Shown: positions 52,138 to 60,581 of the stretch, one piece after another | How positions within the stretch are numbered: position 1 is the stretch's first letter | Layout of the letters: each line of letters opens with the position of its first letter | NCBI GenBank assembly: GCA_036253055.1 | Contig: GCA_036253055.1_4124.1 | DNA from: a phage | Direction: 5' to 3' (one strand) | Length of the DNA: 64,000 nucleotides | Notes under the pieces: model-generated | Database searches by the model: none | What the model was told of the DNA's origin: nothing | What the model saw: only the letters and a program-made list of their open reading frames with translations | Program-made: the position numbers and the translations under genes

Positions 52138-52879
52138 GTACTTTCTACAAATACTTTTAAAATAGTTTTCTTTCTATATAGGGGAACTATCTTTCAGTAC
52201 TGCAACCATCCAGGGGAACTATCTTTCTATATAGTAGTACTATGATTCAGTACTGAATCAATCCACCAAATCATCCCGATACCCCGTAAAACGGCCTCAG
52301 ACGCATTCTAACGCATTAATACACCTAAGCTATACATTTGCACCATTCCAATCATTCCAGGGCTTTACAGGCCGTTTAAACGCGTTAAATTATTTTCAAT
52401 TATTTTGTTTTTAGCTATTGACTCAGTACTAAAAAAGCGTATAATTACTACATAGACGCGAGAAAGCGGATACCCCAGGGGGTGGGAAGATCCGTCCAAA
52501 ATTCAAGATATAAAAAAAGGATACACTCCCGCACCCTAGCAGGTTAACGCACTTTCTCAGTACTGAATTATAGTACCATAGTCCGGCCCAGGATGGCAAG
52601 CAAATTAATTAAAACTTTTTTCATCCAGGGTATTGCTTTATTTTTCCAGTACTGTATAATAGTTCCATCAAGTCGAGAAAGACTCAAGCCCACCGGGTGC
52701 ATAGTTACGCCCAAAATTCAGTACTGAAAAAATTTTTAAAAATATCCGTCCAGGCCGTTGACATTGCCCCCAGTTTATAAGATAATGATTCCAGATTCAG
52801 AAAAATCTAACTCCAGATACTGCGGGGAAACTATCCCCACGCGGTAGGGGAACTATTGGAAAAAACAAAATAAAATTTT

Positions 52880-53040
52880 GATTTAGCCGTCTATACTTCC
52901 AGACGTGTAACCATCTAGCCGTTTAGCCGTCCAAACGTCTAGCAATCCAGCCATCCAGAAATCTAGCCGTTTAGCCGTCTAGATGGATAGCCATCTTTAC
53001 TTCCAGACTTCTGGAGGGCTAGACATATCTACGTCCAAAA
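52880..53040. repeat. GC-richer block of short direct repeats (TAGCCGTTTAGCCGTC x2, CCATCCAG, TCCAGAC) with small hairpins
   Basis: Visible direct repeats; AGATGGatagCCATCT and CCAGActTCTGG palindromes. Confidence 0.5.
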
Positions 53041-53193
53041 TCCACCCAGGGTAACTACGCCCAAAATCCGTCAGTACTATACCATAGATCTATCTTTTGA
53101 AAGGGAGTATTCAGTACTGTCATCATAGCCCTCACTATGTTACCCTAGGAGGATGAAGACTATCATGTAGTACTGAATACTGTTAGAGGGAAT

Positions 53194-53213
53194 CCACCAG
53201 CACAAGCTGGTGG
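53194..53213. repeat. Perfect palindrome CCACCAGCacaaGCTGGTGG
   Basis: 8-bp arms; same CCACCAGC motif recurs at 47.24 kb, 35.30 kb and 40.12 kb. Confidence 0.6.
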
Positions 53214-53700
53214 CATAATGCTTTAGATTAAAATCAGTACTGACACCATTCTGTTAATATCAGTACTGTTATTACGATTTTCATATGAGGTTCAAAAAGA
53301 TGTACCACCACAGGAGGAACTATCTTTTCTGTACTGTCTCACGACAGGAGGTAGAGTAAATGAATTGTTCGCAGCAACTCATCACCCTATGTAGAACATT
53401 ATACAGTACTGAATCATAATGTCAATAGCTTTCTTTCATTATTCAGTACTGAAATCGTATAATCTGTATCGCTACAAAACTCATTATATCCCACAAATCC
53501 TATATGTCCCAACGTAAATTTCAACTTTCGAAGATCCAACTTTTATTTCATAGGTACTCCAAAATTTTTAGGATCGAGATTTAGGATGGAGTACTAACCA
53601 ACTTTTTGCTGGAGCCTCAAGGGGTAATTGAATTTTACCCCGAAGGGTAAAAGGGTAATTGAAATTAAGGTGAAAGTAATAATTCAGTACTAATCATTGC

Positions 53701-53729
53701 GTGATTACTTTTGATTACATTTGATGTAA
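53701..53729. repeat. Iteron cluster 1: TGATTAC-like repeats at exact 10-bp spacing (x3)
   Basis: TGATTACTTT TGATTACATT TGATGTAATT. Confidence 0.55.
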
Positions 53730-53867
53730 TTTGCAAAATGGAAAAGGAGCTTGGAAACTACAAAGTACGGCAGACTTCCTCTGCCTACTTAGTGGCATAT
53801 CAGTACTGCTACGTTCTTGATTAAACGTGAACATTCCTGTACTCTAGTACTCACTACTGATCACTAC

Positions 53868-53929
53868 AGTGATTATAAATGATTACTTAAATGTTTATAT
53901 ATGATTACTTATGACTACCTATGATTACG
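53868..53929. repeat. Iteron cluster 2: ATGATTAC(TT) repeats (x5, 10/22-bp spacing)
   Basis: gtgATTATaaATGATTACTT...ATGATTACTTATGACTACCTATGATTACgg. Confidence 0.55.
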
Positions 53930-53978
53930 GGGTTTAGCCTGGGGAGAATCCTAGTGATCGCATTTGTCCAGGCTGAAT

Positions 53979-54001
53979 TTTAACATATGCAACATATGTT
54001 A
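53979..54001. repeat. Perfect 10-bp-arm palindrome TTAACATATGcaaCATATGTTAA
   Basis: Directly downstream of the last family-C gene; possible operator or terminator. Confidence 0.55.
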
Positions 54002-54044
54002 AAGCCTGTATAATGCTTCCACTACGGAGCTTCCCCTAGCTATA

Positions 54045-54236
54045 TTACTTCCTATATATAATCATTAAGATATAGTAGTACTGATTATACTGTACATTCT
54101 CTTTAATATTATAAGGGTCTATAGCAATCTCGGTACATCTGTTAAATGCATATCTATTAAATGCCAGTGGAATTATAGATCTAATCCATACTTGTTCATT
54201 TTCTTTTAGTTTACTTATATAGAAGTTTTTATACAT
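54045..54236 (-). CDS. Family-C paralog (~60 aa)
   Basis: MYKNFYISKL...YYYILMIIYRK. Confidence 0.55.
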   Translation of the reverse strand: MYKNFYISKLKENEQVWIRSIIPLAFNRYAFNRCTEIAIDPYNIKENVQYNQYYYILMIIYRK

Positions 54237-54251
54237 AGTATTCTCTATTAA

Positions 54252-54434
54252 TTAATATGATAGTACTAGTGTTAGTACTGAGCACAATTGTTCTTTGTAG
54301 TTCTTAGGGTATATAGAATCTTTTATGCACTCATTGAAGTGCCATAGGTATAATCTTGGGTCGCATTCTTTATATATTCTTACGGGGACGAATGTTAGTT
54401 TTCTTATATAGAATTCTTTATGTTCTTTATTCAT
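54252..54434 (-). CDS. Family-C paralog
   Basis: MNKEHKEFYIRKL...LTLVLSY. Confidence 0.55.
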   Translation of the reverse strand: MNKEHKEFYIRKLTFVPVRIYKECDPRLYLWHFNECIKDSIYPKNYKEQLCSVLTLVLSY

Positions 54435-54439
54435 ATTAG

Positions 54440-54625
54440 TTAGTGTCTGTATATAAGTAATAGTAAGAATACGTACTGCACATCTTCATCTTTAGTATTG
54501 AGTACTGTACGTATTGCGTCATTAAACAAGAATATAGTACTTGGGTCATGAGAATTTAAAGGGGTTCTGGGTACGGCATGTTTGTAGTTCCCTTTAACAA
54601 ATTGTGTGTAGTATTCTCTATGCAT
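54440..54625 (-). CDS. Family-C paralog
   Basis: MHREYYTQF...FLLLLIYRH. Confidence 0.6.
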   Translation of the reverse strand: MHREYYTQFVKGNYKHAVPRTPLNSHDPSTIFLFNDAIRTVLNTKDEDVQYVFLLLLIYRH

Positions 54626-54626
54626 A

Positions 54627-54812
54627 TTAGTACCTATATATTAGGGCGAGAATGTAGTACAATTCATATGGAATGTAATTTGGGGTGATCGCACACTGTG
54701 TATGGTAAATGAATTGTTCGGTATTTTTCTTATCCTTGATATCTATTGGGATTAGTGGTATAAGCATTTGGGAGTTTAGATCCAGATGGCTTAAGTAGAA
54801 TTCTTTATGCAT
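54627..54812 (-). CDS. Family-C paralog
   Basis: MHKEFYLSHL...YILALIYRY. Confidence 0.6.
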   Translation of the reverse strand: MHKEFYLSHLDLNSQMLIPLIPIDIKDKKNTEQFIYHTQCAITPNYIPYELYYILALIYRY

Positions 54813-54821
54813 ATTGTTCTC

Positions 54822-55010
54822 TTAGAATACGAAAGCTAGGTACAGGGTATGATACAGTACTCGATGGTAGCTGTCAAAATCTAGTATACATGCTTTAGTG
54901 CACATAGTAAAATACACTTTATCATTTTGTGCATTGATACCGCGAGGTTTATCTAATAGATTAGTTCTGAGGTACATTGGGAAATATTTTGTGTAGTATT
55001 CTTTATGCAT
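54822..55010 (-). CDS. Family-C paralog
   Basis: Start moved to internal ATG (MHKEYYTKYF); ...YHTLYLAFVF. Confidence 0.5.
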   Translation of the reverse strand: MHKEYYTKYFPMYLRTNLLDKPRGINAQNDKVYFTMCTKACILDFDSYHRVLYHTLYLAFVF

Positions 55011-55011
55011 G

Positions 55012-55194
55012 TTAGTACCTGAATATAAGTAGGATAGTGTTATATAGCTGGTCATAACTACTACTATTTTCTATACTTCGTTCTATGCAGTTATTGAATC
55101 CCAGTACTGCCAAATCGTTATCCAGAGGGACTTTATATCTGGCGTAGTGTTCAAAAATGCTGGGGAGAAATTGTGTGTAGTATTCTTTGTGCAT
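55012..55194 (-). CDS. Family-C paralog
   Basis: MHKEYYTQFLP...NTILLIFRY. Confidence 0.6.
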   Translation of the reverse strand: MHKEYYTQFLPSIFEHYARYKVPLDNDLAVLGFNNCIERSIENSSSYDQLYNTILLIFRY

Positions 55195-55195
55195 A

Positions 55196-55381
55196 TTAGT
55201 ACCTATATATTAGTAAAAGGATGTGATACAGTACTCGATTATAGTCTTCAATATATATCGAGGATTTAGTGCACTGAATGAAGTAGTCTTTTTCGTAGTT
55301 TTTTTCTATACCCAATGGTTCTGTTGGTACAAGGTGTTGGAGATACATTGGGAGTTTCTCTATGTAGTATTCTTTATGCAT
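55196..55381 (-). CDS. Family-C paralog
   Basis: MHKEYYIEKLPMYL...HILLLIYRY. Confidence 0.6.
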   Translation of the reverse strand: MHKEYYIEKLPMYLQHLVPTEPLGIEKNYEKDYFIQCTKSSIYIEDYNRVLYHILLLIYRY

Positions 55382-55382
55382 G

Positions 55383-55571
55383 TTAGTACTTAAATGTTAG
55401 GGCGAGGATGTAATACAGTTTATATGTTCTATCCTCATACATTAGGGTGTACTTAGTACATTCCTGGAACATTGTTTTTGCGTCATCTTTTATGCCCAAT
55501 GCAACGTTTGGTATATGGCTCTGTAGATACATTGGGAGTTTCTCTATGTAGTATTCTTTGTGGTTATTCAT
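55383..55571 (-). CDS. Family-C paralog
   Basis: MNNHKEYYIEKLPMYL...YILALTFKY. Confidence 0.6.
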   Translation of the reverse strand: MNNHKEYYIEKLPMYLQSHIPNVALGIKDDAKTMFQECTKYTLMYEDRTYKLYYILALTFKY

Positions 55572-55572
55572 A

Positions 55573-55755
55573 TTAGTACCTGAATGTTAGCATTACTACG
55601 TAGTACAGCATATATGGATTATCATCGTATATGAGCGTGTACTTAGTACATTGTTGGAACATTATCTTTGCGTGATCTTTTATTCCTATTGGTTCTGTTG
55701 GTATATGGTGCTGGAGATGCATAGGGATTTTATCCCTGTAGTATTCTTTGTGCAT
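55573..55755 (-). CDS. Family-C paralog
   Basis: MHKEYYRDKIPMHL...YVVMLTFRY. Confidence 0.6.
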   Translation of the reverse strand: MHKEYYRDKIPMHLQHHIPTEPIGIKDHAKIMFQQCTKYTLIYDDNPYMLYYVVMLTFRY

Positions 55756-55765
55756 GTTGTTCTCT

Positions 55766-55945
55766 TTAGTACTTATATATTAGGAGTAAAATGTTATAGT
55801 ACTGGTTCATTGCGTCATCATTTTCTATAGCACGTTTTACGCTATTCATGTAGTTAGATCGAGCGGCACGAGTTATGAGAAGAACTTTGTATGCAGCAAA
55901 GTATTTTTGCTGCACGGGTAGTTTAGAGATATAGTATTCTTTATA
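55766..55945 (-). CDS. Family-C paralog
   Basis: Start moved to internal ATG (MYKEYYISKLP); ...YNILLLIYKY. Confidence 0.5.
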   Translation of the reverse strand, partial: YKEYYISKLPVQQKYFAAYKVLLITRAARSNYMNSVKRAIENDDAMNQYYNILLLIYKY

Positions 55946-56612
55946 CATAGTTTGTAATATACGTAATGAGGTGATGCATTTTCTTATTAGTACTGATAAT
56001 TTCCTGTACATGTTTTGTCAGATTGTACGCGTTTTTATAGAGTACTGGATTATCGATTACAGTACTGTACATGAATAGTTCTTCTTCCTGTAGTTCTTTG
56101 TGTTCTAGTTCTTTGAGGAAATCTACAATTGATTTAGTTTCTTCTGTACGTTGTGCTTGCCAGAAGTGCATATTCTCGTGTACTTTTTTTGAACCCATAT
56201 TGTATATGCCACCCATTTGGAATTGTGCTGTATTGACATCGTGGGAGGTGTTACAATTCCCGAAGAAGTATGTATTCCCGAAGTATAGCATTAAAGTGCA
56301 CGGGGTATTATCCAACTGCATATGGATGATGAAGGATGCGTTCTTTAGTACCTTTGTGCTCGTATTAGTACTCAATACTTTTAAATCAGTATTATAGATA
56401 TTCATATAATGAACAGCTATATTATTTTTTTTCATATACAAATCAAGGTTCTTTGATACGTTAACACCATTTGTACTGGATTTTTCCTTTTTATTTCGTT
56501 TCTTTAGTACATTCGGGTGATACGTATATGCAGATGTAACTGATTCTGCCTGAATACTATTGAGGTACTTAAAGTGCTTAAGGTATTGTTTGCTGTGTGC
56601 ATTAAGTTTCAT
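55941..56612 (-). CDS. Larger protein (223 aa) embedded in the family-C array, with family-A-like C-terminal core
   Basis: C-terminal EEELFMYSTVIDNPVLY resembles the family-A core (FM for FQ); SD AAAGGAAACC. Confidence 0.6.
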   Translation of the reverse strand: MKLNAHSKQYLKHFKYLNSIQAESVTSAYTYHPNVLKKRNKKEKSSTNGVNVSKNLDLYMKKNNIAVHYMNIYNTDLKVLSTNTSTKVLKNASFIIHMQLDNTPCTLMLYFGNTYFFGNCNTSHDVNTAQFQMGGIYNMGSKKVHENMHFWQAQRTEETKSIVDFLKELEHKELQEEELFMYSTVIDNPVLYKNAYNLTKHVQEIISTNKKMHHLITYITNYV

Positions 56613-56622
56613 TTGGTTTCCT

Positions 56623-56802
56623 TTATATAGATGCCAGGGCGAGGATTTCCCTGTAGGGATTATCTTGTGTTAGTACAGCATAAATGCAGCTATTGAGATT
56701 AATATTTTTAGTACTTTTTGTTCCTAGGTTGTAGTAATCAACGAAGGTGTCGTACATGAAACGGTCTTTTATGGTTATACGTTCTATATAGAATTGTTGC
56801 AT
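56623..56802 (-). CDS. Family-C-like paralog (59 aa)
   Basis: Not in track; MQQFYIERITIKDRF...EILALASI. Confidence 0.45.
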   Translation of the reverse strand: MQQFYIERITIKDRFMYDTFVDYYNLGTKSTKNINLNSCIYAVLTQDNPYREILALASI

Positions 56803-56810
56803 AGTATTCC

Positions 56811-56993
56811 TTAAATAGCGATTAGTTTCATTACTTCTCTGTATGTGTACTTTTCGTTTTGTGCATCTCTTGTGACGACATATAGGAAGGTGTGTTTATC
56901 TTTTTTGTTCCCGCAATTGTAGAAAATATTGAACTTATTGAAGTTGAATCTTTCGGCGTGTTGTAGTTTAGTTAAATAGAATTCTATGTTCAT
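56811..56993 (-). CDS. Family-C-like paralog (divergent)
   Basis: MNIEFYLTKL...YREVMKLIAI. Confidence 0.5.
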   Translation of the reverse strand: MNIEFYLTKLQHAERFNFNKFNIFYNCGNKKDKHTFLYVVTRDAQNEKYTYREVMKLIAI

Positions 56994-57001
56994 TTTCTTC
57001 C

Positions 57002-57187
57002 TTACATTTCAATAAGTTTAAGTACTGCTCGGTACGTGTACTTAGTTGTTAGTGCTTCTTTAATAGAAATACAGAAGTAATGTTGTTTGTCTCTTATACT
57101 GCCGCGTTTGTAGTACCACACATGGGAGTTGTGACTGTACTTGTCTCTGTCGGATAGTTGTTGGTAGTAGTAGCTTATATGATTCAT
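57002..57187 (-). CDS. Family-C-like paralog (divergent)
   Basis: ...TKYTYRAVLKLIEM. Confidence 0.5.
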   Translation of the reverse strand: MNHISYYYQQLSDRDKYSHNSHVWYYKRGSIRDKQHYFCISIKEALTTKYTYRAVLKLIEM

Positions 57188-57239
57188 TATAATGTAATTA
57201 GCCTTACTATATTAAAGTACTCGGTCCCTGGTGTACCTT

Positions 57240-57434
57240 TTAGAACTTAAAGATGAGGTTCAGGATAGAGCGGTACTTAGTTGCAGGGAACGTATGTTCT
57301 ATTGCATCACGTGTCTCCATCCTGAAATCGTAATTGTAATATAGATTATTCTTTCTCATAGGTCGTGCTAAAGAGAATGATAGCTGTTCTTGCTTGTGTA
57401 GTTTACTACAATAGAAATCTTTATGATTATTCAT
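57240..57434 (-). CDS. Family-C paralog
   Basis: MNNHKDFYCSKL...YRSILNLIFKF. Confidence 0.55.
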   Translation of the reverse strand: MNNHKDFYCSKLHKQEQLSFSLARPMRKNNLYYNYDFRMETRDAIEHTFPATKYRSILNLIFKF

Positions 57435-57636
57435 AGAAATATATTAGTCCTATTAAACCTGAGTACTGAATATTTTTGTTATTGCATTCGATTGCTTCTA
57501 GAGTACTACGTATACAATTATTAAAGCAATCTCTGGCGTGTGGTGTATCTATACTTAAAGGTGATACACTCCTTAGAAACAATTGTTCTTCGTTGCTAAG
57601 GTATTTGGTGTAGAATTCTTTATGTTCAGTATTCAT
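57427..57636 (-). CDS. Family-C paralog
   Basis: MNTEHKEFYTKYL...YSGLIGLIYFYE. Confidence 0.55.
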   Translation of the reverse strand: MNTEHKEFYTKYLSNEEQLFLRSVSPLSIDTPHARDCFNNCIRSTLEAIECNNKNIQYSGLIGLIYFYE

Positions 57637-57637
57637 A

Positions 57638-57847
57638 TTAGTACTCGATTAATAGTGTTAAGATGAAATAGTACTGCATAGACTCGTTACCTTCAAGGAA
57701 ATTCCTTATGAGGTTATTTCTGACTGAGTTAAGCAGAAGTGCCGAACGTTTTGCATTTGCAAGTATAATTTGTTGATGCTCTATGCTATTCTGTTCACCT
57801 TTTGACAGAGCACATAGGTAGTACTGCATAATTTGTTCTTGGGTCAT
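57638..57847 (-). CDS. Family-C-like paralog
   Basis: ...MQYYFILTLLIEY. Confidence 0.5.
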   Translation of the reverse strand: MTQEQIMQYYLCALSKGEQNSIEHQQIILANAKRSALLLNSVRNNLIRNFLEGNESMQYYFILTLLIEY

Positions 57848-58089
57848 ATAGATGCCAGTACTAAAAGGTTAATGAATCGTTTACTTTCGTCAGGGTTTTG
57901 AAGTCCCTCAAAGATGTCCTCTATAAAGCAATTCAACATAAGTGCATTTGTTGGGGTAGTACTTTTTTTGAGGGTATTGATTGCACAGAATTTTGAGAGG
58001 AAGAATGCGAAGTCTTCTGCGTTCATGTAGCTCATATAGTTCTTAGTACTTTGGCTAAGTGCTTGGTAGTGATCTATTACATTGTTCAT
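57844..58089 (-). CDS. Family-C-like protein (81 aa), first gene of array
   Basis: SD AGGAG; consensus promoter directly upstream. Confidence 0.55.
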   Translation of the reverse strand: MNNVIDHYQALSQSTKNYMSYMNAEDFAFFLSKFCAINTLKKSTTPTNALMLNCFIEDIFEGLQNPDESKRFINLLVLASI

Positions 58090-58112
58090 GAATTTCTCCT
58101 TATATTTTTTCT

Positions 58113-58142
58113 ATTATAAATGAGTCCAGAAAGGATGTCAAG
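58113..58142 (-). promoter_or_regulatory. Consensus sigma70 promoter (TTGACA-N17-TATAAT) heading the family-C array
   Basis: Read on minus strand; followed by SD AGGAG and ATG 58089. Confidence 0.65.
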
Positions 58143-58190
58143 GGTTTTCTTTTTGTGGTAAATATGATATAACAAATAAAGGAGGGAAAT

Positions 58191-59393
58191 ATGTTACCTT
58201 TTGGAAGAATGATTAAGTACGCAAATATTGCACCAGGTCCAGAACCTGTAGAGTTCTCAGATGTTTTACAACAACATTATACAAACTGTATGTATCTACA
58301 TAACCCAACTAATACTTTATATGGTTATGGTAGTAATAACTTTTATCAATTTGGTCTTGGGAATTCAGCAGCAGTTTCGTCATTTACAGTACTTGCAAGG
58401 AACTGTGCAGCCTTTTGGCTTGGTGTTCAAGGTTCATTGATGATTGATTTGGATAATAAAATATACTACACTGGATCGGTTGGTGCATTTTCTGATTATG
58501 GAGATGCAACACCTGTTAATGGTTTTTTGACAACATGGACTGATGTTACTGTTGCATTTAATAAAATTGGTGTTATGGCTAATATGATCAAGAGTGTATA
58601 TATAGGTGAAAGTACTAGAATATTATTAACCGATGGTAGAGTAATTGCGTGTGGAAGAAATACTAATGGTGAATGTGGCTCTGGTAATAAAAATTCCATC
58701 CCTACACTCACAGTTATGACTAATATGGGTGAAGTTACACATATGGCATGTTCATTACAAGGAACGCACTATATCAAATCAAATAAAGATGCATGGTTTT
58801 GTGGTAAGGATAACTTTGGTGAAAGTGGATGTGGTGGTAGTTCTGTTGTATATTTGAACAAATTCGTGATTAGTAATGTAGAACATATTAGTACTACATA
58901 CGATGTTACTTGGTGGTTTACTACTGGTGGGTCTGTATATTATAGCGGGGCTAACAGTACTGGACAAGCTGGTAATGGTACGACTACATCGGTAAATCAG
59001 CTAACACCAATTAGGAACACATCGGTCACGGTTGATGTAAGTAAGTACAGTACTTTTATTTGTCCAAGTAATATGGGAAATGCATCAATTGGTGCACCTA
59101 TGGCACAATACGCACCATATGTTAGAAGTAGTGGTGCTAACTCATATGGTCAAGAAGGTAATGGAACTAATACATTAGTTAGAACTTGGAATATTTTTAA
59201 TCTTAGTGCAATAAGTGGTGGTTATGACAATGTTCTTATGGCATCTAAAGATTGGAGCAGAACCATAATAATTACTAAAGATTATAAATTATATGCATGT
59301 GGTGGCTGGAATGGAAATGGTGGTAGATTGCCAGATGGCACTTATAGTATTACTACACTAACATTAATGCCAACGCAGTTATGGCAACAATAG
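58191..59393 (+). CDS. RCC1-like beta-propeller repeat protein, paralog 1 (400 aa)
   Basis: Repeated G-x-N-x-x-G-Q/E-x-G-x-G blade signatures; conserved N-terminus MLPFGRMIKYANIAPG; SD AAAGGAGGG. Confidence 0.7.
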   Translation: MLPFGRMIKYANIAPGPEPVEFSDVLQQHYTNCMYLHNPTNTLYGYGSNNFYQFGLGNSAAVSSFTVLARNCAAFWLGVQGSLMIDLDNKIYYTGSVGAFSDYGDATPVNGFLTTWTDVTVAFNKIGVMANMIKSVYIGESTRILLTDGRVIACGRNTNGECGSGNKNSIPTLTVMTNMGEVTHMACSLQGTHYIKSNKDAWFCGKDNFGESGCGGSSVVYLNKFVISNVEHISTTYDVTWWFTTGGSVYYSGANSTGQAGNGTTTSVNQLTPIRNTSVTVDVSKYSTFICPSNMGNASIGAPMAQYAPYVRSSGANSYGQEGNGTNTLVRTWNIFNLSAISGGYDNVLMASKDWSRTIIITKDYKLYACGGWNGNGGRLPDGTYSITTLTLMPTQLWQQ

Positions 59394-59401
59394 GAGGGAA
59401 T

Positions 59402-60511
59402 ATGTTACCTTTTGGAAGAATGATTAGGTATGGAAATATTGTCCCTGGTCCTAAAAAAATAATTAAAGTTGGTGCTTCTACCCAAGGCCAATTCTTATTG
59501 ACTGATTCACATGATTTATATTACATAGGTAGAAATCAAGGTGGTGAATCTGGAAATGGTAATACCAACACGGTATCTTCATGGATATTAGTAAGTGCAG
59601 ATGTTTCTAATTTTTTCGTGGGTGATCGTACACTTGTTATTATTAAAAATGATAATACGATATGGACATCAGGTCAAACGTACTGGTTCTCATCTTCTAC
59701 AACTACTTCTTACAGTACTGTATTAGTTGAAAGAACTAATTGGTTTACCAATGCTATACCAGTAAGTGAAATTGCTAATATTGTATGTACAAATGGTTTA
59801 ATATTTGTACTTAGCACTAATTCAGTACTCTATGGTGCAGGAGATAATGGATATCGTGGTTCTTTGGGTATTGGTTCCTCATCAATTTACACATTAACTC
59901 AATGTGCTACGAACGTTCGTAAAGTAATGACCAATGCGAATGATAGTATGTATCTTACATTAGATAATAAGCTATATAGTTCTGGATGGAATAGTAGTGG
60001 GCAGCATGGTACGGGGAACCAAACACAAATTAACACTTGGGGATTGCGTAGTTCTGGTGTAATCGATGCAGCCATTGGTGGTAATGCATTAAATTACTAT
60101 AATGGTACATCATATTTCGTATGTGGTCAAACTCCAAACTTTCTTAGTTCAGGTACGACTACATTCCGTGCAGTTCCTGTAAGTACTTTGCCTAATAGTT
60201 CTCCATTGTTTATGACGAATTCACCTGCCTTAAATACTGCTACACAAATGGTAATTACTAGTACATATCAGAAGGGTGTTGGGGCGAACCGTGGTTTGGG
60301 ATTAAACAATTCTCAAACTGGTGCTATATATAGTGCTACCAATTTACAATTACCCGTTGAAGTTAGTGAGATTAGGGATGTTCTTTTTAGTGATGGTTTG
60401 ACATCGATATTAACCAAAAATGGAGATGTGTATAGTACTGGATCGTATTACGCCATTCCAGGTGCAATCGAGGATGTTGCAGTCTTTACTAAAATTGATT
60501 TACCAAAATAA
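59402..60511 (+). CDS. RCC1-like repeat protein, paralog 2
   Basis: Start at conserved MLPFGRMIRYGNIVPG (SD TAGGAGGGAA overlapping upstream stop); blade motifs. Confidence 0.7.
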   Translation: MLPFGRMIRYGNIVPGPKKIIKVGASTQGQFLLTDSHDLYYIGRNQGGESGNGNTNTVSSWILVSADVSNFFVGDRTLVIIKNDNTIWTSGQTYWFSSSTTTSYSTVLVERTNWFTNAIPVSEIANIVCTNGLIFVLSTNSVLYGAGDNGYRGSLGIGSSSIYTLTQCATNVRKVMTNANDSMYLTLDNKLYSSGWNSSGQHGTGNQTQINTWGLRSSGVIDAAIGGNALNYYNGTSYFVCGQTPNFLSSGTTTFRAVPVSTLPNSSPLFMTNSPALNTATQMVITSTYQKGVGANRGLGLNNSQTGAIYSATNLQLPVEVSEIRDVLFSDGLTSILTKNGDVYSTGSYYAIPGAIEDVAVFTKIDLPK

Positions 60512-60517
60512 CATAAT

Positions 60518-60546
60518 GCCAGTACACTGTACTGGCTTTCTTATTT
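60518..60546 (+). terminator. Intrinsic terminator (GCCAGTACactGTACTGGC + TTTCTTATTT)
   Basis: Perfect 8-bp stem and T-rich tail after stop of paralog 2. Confidence 0.7.
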
Positions 60547-60581
60547 GTATTAAATATAGTATAACAAATAAAGGAGGGAAT

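Larger units (their letters stand above)
52150..54040. other. 1.9-kb non-coding, repeat-rich region (candidate origin of replication / control hub)
   Basis: No SD-supported ORF on either strand; TTCAGTACTGAA palindromes, TAGCCGT/CCATC repeats, ATGATTAC iterons, several perfect palindromes. Confidence 0.5.

Noticed and set aside
53360-53419. 19-aa plus-strand ORF with strong SD (AGGAGGT) in the non-coding block
   Set aside because: Too short, unique, and overlaps a minus-strand promoter-like cassette; the SD-like sequence may be a chance G-rich stretch. Kept only as a remote possibility.
52150-54040. tRNA or other structural RNA genes in the gene-free block
   Set aside because: No T-loop (GGTTCGAATCC-like) or cloverleaf-compatible segments found by eye; repeats look like protein-binding iterons and palindromes. 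A tRNAscan run would settle this.
54045-58089. CRISPR array, suggested by the ~186-nt periodicity and short conserved segments
   Set aside because: The periodic units are complete ORFs with start, stop and conserved protein termini; there are no identical short repeats separated by unique spacers and no cas genes.
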